A stretch of 64,000 nucleotides of DNA, from NCBI RefSeq assembly GCF_006345805.1, contig NC_043008.1, positions 68,696,001 to 68,760,000 of the forward strand. The letters are read 5' to 3'. Positions 11,629 through 25,410 of the stretch are shown piece after piece. The notes under the pieces were generated by a model, which saw only the letters and a list, made by a program, of their open reading frames with translations, was not told the origin of the DNA and did not search any database. Origin of the DNA: Octopus sinensis. Lineage: Eukaryota. The position numbers were made by a program, and so were the translations under genes. How positions within the stretch are numbered: position 1 is the stretch's first letter; each line of letters begins with the position of its first letter.

Positions 11629-13029
11629 TACTCACACATATATATGTAATATTTAATAAAAAATGAGATCTTATTAGTTACATTTTTTTCTGGTTATAAA
11701 CGTTTTATTTTTACTACTACTATATAAAACCATTATTTTGTGCTGTTATATACTTTTGTTACTTATATTTTGGTCAAATATATGTTTGGAATTCCGTCTC
11801 TACGGCACTTGAAGCGCTATATGTAGCATTATAACATTGTATTTCTCAGTACGCACATACACTCGCACATTCACACATACAAACTTACACGGACACACGC
11901 ACGAATACAATAACCTAACTTGAACGCATACATGTGTAATGAAGGAGTCTCTGTGTGGTCGGTCAACCTGCTAGGAATACCAGTCAAATCTACCTAGAAG
12001 TACATACATGCTACTGTTTTAACAATTGAAACTGACACAGAACTGTTTTCATACATATAGAAAAATCAAAATAGTTATGGTTGAAACCCCCTTAATCATA
12101 TACGATGTCGAAGATTCAACACTGTAAGATGATGAAACACTTGTTAATTATCTATGTCATGGAAGCGATCCATTTAATTGCAGTTTTGAGTTGATCTTAC
12201 TCATGATACCTATATAACATTTGGCTGGCTGAGCCGTGAATAGTCAAGTGTTTATGTAGCATATGCCGGGACTGCACTAGTAACAAGGAACGGAAAGCGG
12301 AATATGTTAATTGTAAGGAAATTGCCTGTGGTCAACCTGGTTAAATGGCTAACTTAAATACATCAACACACACAAATACCTATGCACCCAAACATACAAA
12401 CGCATTTTAACCCTAACATAGTGGTTGTCTGTTGTTGTTTAAGGCCCAGACCAATTTTGAACAGATTTATGACCTAAAGCATTTCAATTACCACTATTTA
12501 CAGTTGCATGTATGTCGGTCACTGCCAGTAAAGCTATATGGCAATTTATTGCTGTAGCTTTGAGTATTGCAAACCATTGTGTGCTCTAATCTTAAGCTTG
12601 CTTCGGCAAAACAGCCATGAGTGATTTTGATCGACATAAAATATCTCAGAAATTCGTAATATATAGTATACACTGTCACCATTCTTATATATACGTTATA
12701 CTATAACCTCACAGTACCTGGTAAATGGCTGTCTCCTTTTCTACTATGCACTCACTCAGTCGAACGGGCTCTTTAATTTTACAAGTTACATGACGACCTC
12801 ACTAGTGCTGGTACCAACGGCAAAAGCACAAAAGCACCCAATACACTCTGTAAAGTGGTTGACGTTAGGAAGAGCAACCAACCACAGCAAACAAACTAAA
12901 ATAGAAATTGGAGCATGATACGACCATCTGAATAGACAGATCCTGTCAAAGACGGACGTTAAAGGAGGATGAAGATGGTGATGATATACGACTATAAATA
13001 TCTAAAGTGTCCTTAATTTCACTTCAGAT

Positions 13030-13280
13030 GGTAATGTGATAAAAAAAATAATAAATGCGCCCTTTTAAAGCCTAGCCAGGTTCATGGGCCCGGTTTCCCG
13101 GTTTCTATGGCGTATGTGTTCCATCGCAGCGTTATTCATTTTTGCCAGCTGAGTGAACTGGAGCAACGTGAAATGAAGTATCTTGCTCAAGAACACAACG
13201 CGTAGCCCGGTCCAGGAATCGAAACCACAATCTTACGATCATGATACTGTCTTCCTAACCACTAAGCCACGCGCCTCTAC
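13030..13280 (-). mobile_element. SINE sharing the family A head and central domain, with a different tail
   Basis: TTCATTTTTGCCAGCTGAGTGAACTGGAGCAACGTGAAATG...CTAACCACTAAGCCACGCGCCTC. Confidence 0.7.
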
Positions 13281-13769
13281 GTAATAATGTGATTTAAGTG
13301 AAATTTCACTGCTATTTCTAGAAAATCACCTGATCACGAAGAGATAATGTCGCCCGCCTAACAACAATGTAGTATTAACTATCACCGAACAGCCGAACCT
13401 GAAACCTGAAAAGATAAAAGGATTCATCAAGTCTTGTGTGGTTGTAAACTCATTATTCAACAAACCACAATTGGTATATTATAGGTGAAAATATACTTTT
13501 TCATCTTTTCCCACGTACACACGCACACACAGACACACATATACGTACACACAGACACAGACACACATGAACGCGCACACACACGCACATAAACACGAAC
13601 ACACATACGCACGCATATATAGACGTATGAATGTTTGTATGTATATATTTATGTAGTTAGATGTCGTCGTTGCCTCACCACTCAGTATTATCACATCCGA
13701 ACGATCAAACGAGACCTTTACGTCTATGAAACTTTTAGCAATGCAACTTGTTAATACATATACATACAT

Positions 13770-13773
13770 ATAC

Positions 13774-13826
<53 letters not shown>

Positions 13827-14108
13827 CATACATACATATATGTATATATATATATATATATTCACACATGCAAATACAATATAAACGTATAACACACATA
13901 TAACACATACGCATATAAACATATACAACATATAGATGTTAACACGCGCACACACATATATATATATACATATACATGCTTATATATAGGTATATATATA
14001 TATATATATATAGTGGTTTTGTCTCTAATAATATTTTATATATATATATATATAATTATATATACTTATATATAGGTATATATATATATGAACATATATA
14101 CATAGGTA

Positions 14109-14197
<89 letters not shown>

Positions 14198-14250
14198 ATA
14201 TATATATATATATATAATATATATATAGGTATATATATATATTTTCATAT
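13770..14250. repeat. Long degenerate (TA)n tracts
   Basis: Directly visible; source of the YIYI ORFs. Confidence 0.9.
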
Positions 14251-15056
14251 TTATATGCATATATATGTTGACATAGATTTGCATATATAATATATTTGCA
14301 TATAGGTAACATTTGTGTATATATATATTGATATGAGTTTGATATTTATGTATATACTTATACGTGAATGTAACATAATACACACACATACGCATATATA
14401 TATATACACACATAGGTACACAGGCATAGACATGTTGTATTTGAAGTCTTGCAATTTTGTTCTAAATTTCAATTTTCAAACTCTGTAATTAAAGATTTCT
14501 TCTTGAAAATTGCAATTTTTCAAACCATATAAATTTCAATTTTCGACACAAATTACAATTTTCATAACAAAAAAAAACAAAACGAAAAACAAACAAAAAG
14601 CACAAACATACACTAATATAACATTTTATTTTCGATTTTGATTTTGTTTTCTATATATGTATATTTTTTAGTCTCTCAGATATTTTGTCATTATTCATCT
14701 GTGTAATAATTTTTCTTGTCGAAGAAAATAAACCGTTATTTGCAACTTATTTGCAATGATGTATTAATTTTGGTTACCATTAATTATTGAAGTGAATATA
14801 GCTTTAGAAATAAATTTACAAAATAAAAAAACAAAACAAAAAGAAAAATCAAACAAAATTTTTTTATAAATATATAAAAAATAAACAGGAAAACAATTTA
14901 AATAATAATCATAATAATACATACATAAAATATAAGCAATTATATAATTGAAAAAAAAAACAAAAAAATGAAAAAATTAAATAAACAAAACAAATCATGA
15001 ATAAGCGAAAAATAAAAACCTGATGAATAAAACAGTTCTCTAAATTTATAATAATA

Positions 15057-15088
<32 letters not shown>

Positions 15089-15187
15089 GATAATAATAAA
15101 CAATGAAGATGGTCATGATGATGATGGCAATAATAATAATAATAATAATAATAACAACTATTGTTGTTATTATTATCATTATTATTA

Positions 15188-15221
<34 letters not shown>

Positions 15222-15314
15222 TTATTATTATTATTATTATTATTATATAATAACAACAATAACAGTAGTAGTTGTAATAATAAAAATGATGATGATGATG
15301 ATGGTGATGACGAC

Positions 15315-15393
<79 letters not shown>

Positions 15394-15394
15394 C

Positions 15395-15945
15395 GCTAAT
15401 GCAGTACCAGGCAGTGACTCTCATGGCTTCTCATCTTCACTGCTTGGAAGTGTTATCATGCACGTGTTTTGTCTTGGTATGAAAGATGAGCTTCAGCAAA
15501 TATTCTGCTCAATACCTCAGATTTGCTTGTCAGTTGCTTTACCCTAACTGGTTGAGCATGTCCCTTAGTGGATAACGATGTGTATATCTGATTGCGAGCA
15601 GGAGTATTGGAGTAGCACCATAGCCATTTATTGAAAATGATTATTTGGGGCTTGAATAATTCACCTCTGGAAACATAGGTGTTTCCTTCATCATCCTTAA
15701 ACAATCCTTATTCAACCCTTTTGAGTGGAATGGGCTACTTGACCTGAAGAAAATTCTAACTGGCCTCTACCTGCAAGGCCAAGCACTGTTTATTTTGATA
15801 TGAGATCGCCATATCATGCACATATGGTTGTGATGCACGTGTTTGGTGTACCCTTATGAGACAGGTAGGTAGTCATGACGTGTATACTGGGCTTCATATA
15901 TTTGTACCTGTGTCACTTTGATGGCATGCAATGCTCTCTCACACA
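15395..15945. mobile_element. ~550-bp unclassified interspersed repeat flanked by trinucleotide microsatellites (copy 1)
   Basis: Shares AAATATTCTGCTCAATACC, GAGCATGTCCC, GATGGGCTAC, AAAATTCTAACTGG, CCACCTGCAAG with 16370-16790 and 49650-50080. Confidence 0.8.
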
Positions 15946-15948
15946 ATG

Positions 15949-16000
<52 letters not shown>

Positions 16001-16093
16001 TAATAATAATGATAATAATGATAATAATAATACAAAGCAAAAGTCAAACATATTATTATTATTATTATTAACAACAACAACAACAACAACAAC

Positions 16094-16155
<62 letters not shown>

Positions 16156-16189
16156 AATAATAATAATAATACAAAGCAAAAGTCAAACA

Positions 16190-16226
<37 letters not shown>

Positions 16227-16232
16227 AACAAC

Positions 16233-16273
<41 letters not shown>

Positions 16274-16298
16274 TGATGATGATGATGATGATGATGAC

Positions 16299-16330
<32 letters not shown>

Positions 16331-16369
16331 TGACGATGACGATGATGATGATGATGATGATGATGATGA

Positions 16370-16790
16370 TAGCCCTGTTGCAATATCCGGCAGTGGTTAT
16401 CATGGCTTCTGATCTTAACTGATTGGAAGTGTTGTCATGTATATGTTTTCTCTTGCTGTAAAAAGACGGGCTACAATAAATATTCTGCTCAGTTCCACAG
16501 ATTTGCTTATCTGCTGCTTGATCATAACCAATTGAGCATGTCTCTTATGTTAATCTCTGATCAGTGCAGGAGTAGTGGGAAAACATCATAGCCATGAGTT
16601 GAGAGGGATTCAGTAACTCAAGGAAGCATGAGTATTGTTTAATCATCGTTAAATAGCCCCTATTCGGGTACATTTTAAGTCGGATGGGCTACTCGACTTG
16701 AAAAAATTCTAACTGGGCCCCCACCTGCAAGTTCATGCACTGTTTTTCTTGATTTGTGTCGCTCAAAGGTTACTTTACAACCACGTGCTT
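16370..16790. mobile_element. Same ~550-bp repeat family (copy 2, truncated)
   Basis: GGCAGTGGTTATCATGGCTTCTGATCTTAACTGATTGGAAGTGTT...CCCCACCTGCAAGTTCATGC. Confidence 0.75.
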
Positions 16791-17914
16791 TTGTGTTCAG
16801 TCCCACTCTGAATAACGCCTTGTGAGTTAACGGAAATCTGTGCAGAAGTCATTGTTTGTATGTGTGTATATATCACGTGATCACGTGACCGACCAGACCA
16901 TCAGATGTTGCTACACATCGCTGGGCACAATGCGTTTGCATTGTTTTAGCCTTCGAACGCTGGCTAAGTGTGTATATATATATATATATATAATATAATA
17001 TAAATTAGAGATAAAACCACTATTATGCAACTCAAACAGTGATAGACATAAACAAAAAACATAAATTACAAATAAAAAATATTTTTATAAAACATGTAAC
17101 TAGATCTCAAAAAGTATAAAAATGAATAATCAATATATAATAAGTAAAAAAAAAACTACGTGCGTTTCATGGCTACAATTAAATTAACATTTAATTGAAA
17201 TAAATTCAATTTAAAATTATAGTCAATTTTTAGGTTAACAATAATAGTTAAATAAATAAGCAAATAAAGTTAAACAATATTTATTTAAAAAATAAATAAA
17301 ATAATTTTTCTTATAGGAAAAACTCCATTAACTAAATTTGAAACTTAAAACATTAGGATTATTTCCTACAACACATTTATTATGTTAAATATTTAATATT
17401 TACACACATACATACATGCATGTATATACAATATATGTGTGTGTGAGTGTATTATAGTGATTGTATGTACCTCCCTGTGTGTGCATATGCATACGTGTGT
17501 GTTTGTTTTTCATCGCTTGACAACCGAAGTAACTTTGTTTACGTCCTCTGTAGCTCAACGTTTCGACAAAAAGAGGACGGTAGAATAAATTGTACTTTGA
17601 AAATAAGTACTGGTAGTCTGACCGACTAAAACTCATCAAGTCGGTGCACCAACATAGTCAAAGTCCAATGATTGAAGCAAGTATCAAAAATGAGAATTTA
17701 GAACGACATATTGTATACTGTGTAGTTCTCTCCCTTGGCATTTTGGTCTGCCAACATTCTGATGGTGCTTGTGTAGTCCAAGGTCGATACTTATCCATCA
17801 CTAGAAATTATTAAAGATGTTCCAGCCATGACAAAACCACCTTATTTTAGACAATATGTATCTAGTGTAGAGTCTGCTTGGTTGACTGACTTCCAGAGTG
17901 TCACAGTATTTTAC

Positions 17915-18140
17915 TGGTATTTATATTAGTGTTAGGCGGCGAACTGGCAGAATTTTTAGCGCGCTGGGCAGGATCCTTTGTGGCGTTTCGTCTGTCTTCA
18001 TGTTCTGAGTTCAAATTCTGCTGAAGTTGACTATGCTTATCGGGGTAGACTAAATAAGTACCAGTTGAACACTGGGGTCGATGCAATCGATCTACACCCC
18101 ACCCCGGAATTACAGGCCCTGTGTCAAAACATGAAACCTG
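17915..18140 (-). mobile_element. SINE family C copy (head appears on the plus strand as GGCGGCGAACTGGCAGAA; orientation may be +)
   Basis: GGCGGCGAACTGGCAGAA...GTTCTGAGTTCAAATTCTGC...AAGTACCAGTTGAACACTGGGGTCGAT. Confidence 0.6.
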
Positions 18141-18646
18141 TATAAGTGTTTAAGTTTCAACGGTGTTTGTATTAGTGTGCAGGAGGAGATATTTTATAGT
18201 GGAAGAATGTGTATGGACCGAGTACATAGAGCACCAGACGATGTGTGGCAAGATCAGCAGTCCAAATCTTTTTTTAGGTATTGATTCTTGCGTGTGTGTC
18301 TGGGACATTTAGTTGCAACGTAGGAGGAACCCTAGCAGCAAGTAGCGGCAGCATGGAAACATTTTCAAGTATTTACGCAATTTGTATTAGTCACGTGAGA
18401 AGCATTTGGAGAGGGTACAGCTTGAAGAAATAACACAAAAGAGAGAAAGTTTAAGGAGTCTCAATGTTATTGTTCGACTTATTAGAAATAGAAATTACAA
18501 CTCACAATTTCTTCCTCCAATCACAGCATGCCTCTTAAAAAGAAAAGAATGCATTGAATAATGTAGTTCTAGACAGGCAAATTTTCACGCACGGAGCATT
18601 TTAAAGCATAGGCCTGATTAGTAAGGGATGAGATGGAACTAAACAA

Positions 18647-18775
18647 GAAGAAGAAGAAGAAGAAGAAGAAGAAGAAGAAGAAGAAGAAGAAGAAGAAAGA
18701 AGAAGAAGAAGAAGAAGAAGAAGAAGAGAAGAAGAAGAAGAAGAAGAAGAAGAAGAAGAAGAATAAGAAGAAGAG
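18647..18775. repeat. (AAG)n microsatellite
   Basis: Directly visible. Confidence 0.95.
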
Positions 18776-19167
18776 CAACGACAACAAATACCACTACAAC
18801 AGCAGTAGCTTCACAAAAGCAAAGTCATCAACGTTGAGTTGCGTGAAATACCACTGAAATACTGTGTACACGCATCAGAAGTATTTTACCAGATCTCGCG
18901 TGTTTAATTACAATTGTCACGAGATCAACTTAACGTCGAACATTACTACAGAATATCGTAATCGAACTAATGGTAAACATTGAAAGTAGTTAAAATGGAA
19001 TTGTAGAAGAATTCTTATCTGAACAATGTAACATTCGGCATGTTTAAATATCCATCAACTATACAGAACTCTACATCGAAGAATAATTTAAATATGGGAA
19101 ACTAAAATGATTCCAGGAGTATATTACATAACTATATACTCCTTCTTTTGATTCATATTTACAGTTC

Positions 19168-19241
<74 letters not shown>

Positions 19242-20139
19242 CATTCTCTATCCAGTAGCGCACGCTGACACATAAAACATTATGAGGCACCGTCGTCCAA
19301 GACACGAGGGAAAGAGTAAGAGTAGGATGTTTCCCAGGAATATCTTAAAACTTCCAATAAAGCTTTGATATATTTAGTTGATCAAGATATGTCAGTTGTT
19401 AATCACGAGGTTACTTTACCGTCTCTTTCATCTTGGCATGAAAAGTTTCGTCTGCAGTGTAAATTAGTATGGTATATTTTAAGGGAGACGAGATCGGCCA
19501 TATTGTGCTATTGATACAGCCATTATTTTAATCATATACGAAATTTTAAAGAAATTTAAATTACTTGAATAAAATTAATGAACGTACAGTGATTAATAAA
19601 TACTTTCTTCTGAGTTTGTTTGATCGTTCTGCTACCAAGTATTTCGTCTCAGTTTGATTATATTTGAACGATTCTAGAGAATTCTATGTAGCGTTTCAAA
19701 GAAAAACCACGTGAGGTGCCTTGGAGGTTATACTAATGTATGGTTTGTATGACATGGGAAAATTCCCATGAATGCCTTCTGCATGAAGAATACATTGTTA
19801 AGTGTTGGTAAACATATGAACTTTACTTGATATTTTTCTTCTCATTACCGATGTCATATCAATTACGTTTATTTAAAAATTCGTTTTGGTCCTTTGTATA
19901 TTAACTCTTGCCTTACAACCGGCCTTATATGTCGTAGAAATAGTTGTGTATGGGAGAAGGATATTTACAGTGTAACTGACGCAATCTCTGTATGTTTGTA
20001 CCTCTCAGAGTCACACATACAATGTAAGATATATATAAATGATTTTAAAGATCCAGTTGGGATGTACATACAAGATCAGTTCTAAACTCCTTAGCGCCGA
20101 TGTTAAAATGCCATAAATACATGTATGTGTGCATGCGTG

Positions 20140-20956
20140 TGTGTATGTCTTTCTCTTTTTTTGTGTCAGTAATTGGACTGCAGCCACTCAGTAATTAGAC
20201 TTCCATCGGTTTCAAGGATTTTAGTCGAAGGAATCGTCCCCAATTTTTAAGCCTCAAGGTGGGGGACAAATACACAGACACATACACATGTATTAACACA
20301 CTCAGATATACGACAGACTTCTTTCAGTTTCCTTCTCCCAAATCTACTCACAAGGCTTTGGTCAGACCATGGCTATAGTACAAGATACTTGCTCAAGGTG
20401 CCATGTAGTGGAACTGAACCCGGACCCATGCTGTTGGGAAGCAAACTTCTTACCACGCAGCCACTTCTGCACCCAGGTGTGTATGTGTTTATATATTATT
20501 AATATGAATATATAAACATTCTTCCAGTTTTGTATGATGGCTTATTCAGTAAGTCTGGTTCAATAAGACGGCAGTGGGAGCTTGAAAGTCAAAACGAATT
20601 TCATACACAATTTGGTTTTGCTGTCAATATTAGACTCCCTGCCAGTAAATATTCCATTGTTATTAATTCTTAAACTACCTTTAGAATTTTCATCCTACAC
20701 GCACACACATACATACATACATACATACAACATACATACATACATACATACATACATACATACATACATACACACATATAATAAATATAGGCGCAGGAGT
20801 CTAAGCGCAGGAGTGGTAAGAAGCTTGCATTCCAACCACATGGTTTCGGGTTCAGTCCGACTGCGTGGCACCTGGGCCAAGTGTCTTCTACTATAACCTC
20901 GGCCCGACCAAAGCCTTTTGAGTGGATTTGGTAGACGGAACTGAAGGAAGCCCGTC

Positions 20957-21004
<48 letters not shown>

Positions 21005-21080
21005 TATATATATGTGGCAAATATACTTCACGATGTCATGCAGCTACTGTTTATACCTCGCTCAGAGATATATTATTGCG

Positions 21081-21139
<59 letters not shown>

Positions 21140-21230
21140 TTTTGTGTCGGTGTCTCCCCACCATCACTTGACAACTGATGTTGGCCTCGGGCCAACTAAA
21201 GTCTTGTGAGTGGATTTGGTAGACAGAGGA
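20140..21230. mobile_element. Cluster of SINE family B copies in both orientations (~20140-20475 minus; ~20790-21230 plus)
   Basis: Family B diagnostic strings on both strands. Confidence 0.75.
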
Positions 21231-21239
21231 ATTGAGTGA

Positions 21240-21500
21240 GTCGTAAAGCAGATAAATGTGCTAGGGTTGAAAGGAAAACTAGTGGAGATAGGAGTGGGAT
21301 TCTATATGCTTATAGTGGGCAGAAATGGTTATAGTGATGAAGATATCGAGAAAACTAATAGAGACATTGGAGAAGTTGGAGGTAAACCCCAAGGCAAGGG
21401 GAGAAGAATTAATAGAAAAAATAAAACTGTCGAGGGTGGAAGTACCAACGCAGTCGTTAATATAACGACTGTAGAGCTGTGGAGTGGGTTCTTTTAACTG
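21240..21500 (-). mobile_element. Penelope-like element reverse transcriptase fragment
   Basis: PTPQLYSRYINDCVG...FIFSINS.PLALGFTSNFSNVSISFLDIFI...HYKHIESHSYL resembles the PLE RT pattern YxRYIDD...FT...S..SI.FLD...YKPTDSHSYL. Confidence 0.75.
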
Positions 21501-21563
21501 GGCAAAGATTTGCTTCACAATGTGGATGGGAAGCAAACTTTTTATCACACAGCCACCCTTATG

Positions 21564-21596
<33 letters not shown>

Positions 21597-21608
21597 TATA
21601 TATTATAT

Positions 21609-21642
<34 letters not shown>

Positions 21643-22256
21643 AGGGTTCCCCACCACCGCTTAACAACCGGCACTTGTTTGCCGATTTTTCTGTACATAA
21701 GAGACCGTTAGAATAAATGCTAGATTTAAAAATGCCTTGTGGCCGACTCTTTTGACTGAAACCTTCCAAGATGGTTCCCAAGAATGGCTGCAGTCCAATG
21801 ACAAAAACTAGTAAAAAATAAACTCAAGGCCATATGGAGGACAGTGAACTGATTAAAATGCAATGTAATATTTGGTTTATACATAATTTTATCAATGACG
21901 GAAAAATGACATTTGCAAAGTCGACCTCTAGGGCGTAGCTGTGAGGTAAGAAGCTTGCTTCCCAACTACATGATTCCAGGTTCAGTCCTATTGCGTAGCA
22001 TCTTGAGTGAGTGTCTTCTACTAAAGCCTCGGGATTTTGTAGACGGAAATTGAAAGAAGCCTGTCGTATATATATATACACATATATATCGTGAAGTATA
22101 TTTGCCACATAAATGTGGCTAACCCTTAAGGGTTGATGTTACTGTAGCTTGTAGCCCCAGGAAGACATCTCTTCCAGCTGGCTACCGACACAATTTCTGT
22201 GCCCTCACTACACATTTCTTTCCTCTCCTTCTTTCTCTCCTTCTTTTTTTTCCGTG

Positions 22257-22297
22257 TTACTTTCTGTGGAAGAGCGTAGGCTCGAAACGTTAAAGAC
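22257..22297 (+). ncRNA. Minimal type-I hammerhead-ribozyme-like motif with degenerate core
   Basis: CTTT-CTGTGGA-A-GAGC(GTAG)GCTC-GAA-ACGT-T-AAAG: stem I CTTT/AAAG, 4-bp stem II, palindromic ACGT stem III; core CTGTGGA deviates from CUGANGA. Confidence 0.5.
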
Positions 22298-22389
22298 TTT
22301 TTCAATTCCCGAGCGTTATACTAATATATCTGTTTGTTTTCTACACCACGTGTGTTCGTCTTCTGTTATTTTTTTTTCGTGAATTCTCC

Positions 22390-22428
<39 letters not shown>

Positions 22429-23166
22429 ATATGCTGGCCATTGAAAAAAAATTATTTTGAAAAAAATTTTATCCTACATTAAATATATATATATATATAT
22501 ATAGACATACGGTAAAGCACGTTCACTTTCACAGTTTTCGTTGGGTATTTAGCATCGATTAAAAACAGGTTTAGGAGTATCCGTCGGTGTAGATGTGTCT
22601 CTTTAGATGATAATAAAACGTATCTTGTTTGTTAGAATAACGACTGTTCAGCAAGATATCTTCTCGGCTTGTGTAGACAACCTAAACGAGGGTGTTTATA
22701 CATCTATATCCGTTAAAGGATATATTTAATACATTTTTTCGCTGTATTGTGTATTCGTTTCTTTTTACATCTGTTATTTATTATGGATCTTCTATAAAAA
22801 TGAAGCTGTATCCCTTAATTTATTGCTTTTCTATACACAAAACGAGAAGATACCTTGTGGAACAGTCATTATTTTAACGAGTTACCTCTTGTAATTACAT
22901 GACGAGGCACGTCCACACCGACGGACACTCTTAAGCCTATTCTTATGTATGTCACCTGTGAGGTATCGATGCTAGATGGGTCGAAACAATTGTAGTGATC
23001 AACAAATATTCTCTCTCATTAATCAAATGTACATTAAAAAAATCAAATATATATAAAAAAGGAAAGAAGAAAAGAAAGAAAAACATTACAGGCGATGCTC
23101 CAGCATGGCTGCAGGCAAATGACTGAAACAATTAAAGAATAGAGTATATATATGTAAATGTATATA

Positions 23167-23202
<36 letters not shown>

Positions 23203-23269
23203 TGTATGTATGTATGTATGTATATATATAAAAAAAATTTTGTCAGGATGAGATAAAAATCCAAGGCTG

Positions 23270-24178
23270 TGAAGATTTAGAGCATTTATAAATAGAAGGT
23301 CTTACAGCTGTTTTCAAGATATTTATTATATCCCTTCATCGGAGACGGTGTGAGTAAATGGTTAAGTAATAGTTAATTTAGATAAGATACGAATTAGAGA
23401 GTGAGGCGGAGGAATGAAAATAGAGATATGCAGGGATATTGCATTTGTAGATCCATTATTTAGGCAGAATGGTATACATAGAAGATTCCAGTACTTTGTG
23501 AGTAAAATCCAATAGTATCTAAAATTAGTTATTCCTAGTACAGAGTTTCTATACATTGCTATTGAATTAAGGGTTTTATTTAAAGTGGCCTAAAAGTAGG
23601 GAATGTATTTGTAAGGTCAAATCGAAAGCAGGAAGAGAAGAATAAAGACAAGAGAAGAAAAGAGAAGAAAAAAGAGAAAAGGAAAAAAGGAAAAAAAAGG
23701 AAGAGAGGAATAAAGAGAAGAAAAAAAAGACAAAAAAGAAAAAAGATGGAGATAATAAGGGAAAGTGCATCAGTTAGTGGTCAGTCAAAATAATTTGAAA
23801 GTAGCAATGGGGAGATGAGGGTGATAGAGAGAGAATGGTATTAGAGTGTAAAAATATAGAAGGGATGGGGGTGATAGAGAGAGATGTGTAAAAAGCAAAG
23901 GAGTGTCAGTTATGTAGTGATAGAGTCTAAGTGATGGGGCAGAGAAAGGGGTAGTAGTATGGAATGAAGAATTTAAGAATATAGATTAGGTGGTTGGCTA
24001 GGTCAGTGCTTAGTAGTAGAAGAAAATATATATGTGAAGATGTATACATATGCATATAGTAGACATGTGTATATATATATATATATGTACACATACAGAT
24101 GAGTACGAGTTGTATATGTAGATATTGATATATATAAACATCTGTATAAATATATATATATATATATATATATCTATA

Positions 24179-24222
<44 letters not shown>

Positions 24223-25410
24223 CAGATGTTATATATACTCGTACTCATCTGTATGTGTACACATGCACATCCATATATACGTGTATCTGTATGTATTATC
24301 GCTCCTGTATACGCAGGTATACATACCTTGAATACATACATTCACGCATACACGCACACATACATACATGCATACATATACACGCACATATGCATGCACG
24401 CATATACACACGAATATAATTAGATGATTGTGATATTTGAGTATGAGTGAGGAATTAGGGATTAAAATGTAGATTTATAAGATTATTGAGATTAATGGAA
24501 ATACAATATAAGGTCGTTCAGACATTTGGATTTGTGGTAGAATTTGAATGTGTGAAAAAAGCAGTGGTTGCATGTGCTTAGTGCCTCATTATGTTTATTT
24601 AGCAGTGCTGGAGAGTTGCGCTTTAATATGTGAAGTGCCTCCTTCAGGCAAAGTTTGCAGGTTGAGCGTTGACCTCGGTAGGGAAGCCCTGAATCAATTA
24701 TGGACCATGATAGAGTATAGGGTATATTTGTATTTTTGAGATGATGCATGTAGTTGGCAAGTGTTGTAGATTTACTATGTTAATCGTATCTAAAAGAATG
24801 AAGGTGAGCGGTATATCGTTGCTTAAAATTTTTGATTGATCCTATGTATATCGCCGTAGAGTTGTGTAGTAGATTAAGGACAGTGCATTTGTAAATTACA
24901 TTATATATTCTGCAATGGGTTTGTAACGGGCAGATGGTTCCAGGACGGCAATTACAATTAGGTGAATTTTGGGGACTGTGGTCAGGTATAGAGGAGATAA
25001 TTTCGTCAGAGGAGAGGTTAGTGAAGGGGGTAGAGGATTCTATATTATTAGTATTATTAACGTTATCATTACCATTAGGCTCAAACAATACATATCGCAA
25101 ATCACATCTCAAACACGCACTAACCATCACAATCGCAACCAGCCACATACACTCGTCTATGGAATCCTGGAAGGTCTTACACCTAGGCAACCTAGACCCC
25201 ACACACATTCATTTAATACTAGGTCAAAAACAAAAACAACTAAAACAGCTAGCAACAACAGGCCTCGCCACCCACATACCTTCTCCAAGAATATAGATAG
25301 CACTCCTTTATCTAAAAATTTAGATAGCACTACTCCCAGACTCCTTAAAAAAGCGGGGGACGCTCTATTCTGTGGTATACACCCTCATTCTCGCTTATCA
25401 TTAAGAACAT
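23270..25410 (-). mobile_element. Penelope-like element: GIY-YIG endonuclease (24492-25050), 3' region to ~23270, plus an inverted upstream segment (25060-25410)
   Basis: CNCRPGTICPLQTHC..NVIYKCTV...AIYIGSIKNFKQRYTAHLHSF and HLKN.NIPYTLSWSII..G.PY...STCKLCLKEALHIL...LLNKHNEALSTCNH are characteristic of the PLE endonuclease. Confidence 0.85.
23299..23346 (-). ncRNA. Type-I hammerhead-ribozyme motif in the PLE 3' terminal region
   Basis: Minus strand GTCT-CCGATGA-A-GGGATAT(AATAA)ATATCTT-GAAA-ACAGCTGT-A-AGAC: stem I GTCT/AGAC, 7-bp stem II with G.U pairs, self-complementary ACAGCTGT stem III, GUA site; carries U4C and one extra A. Confidence 0.65.
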
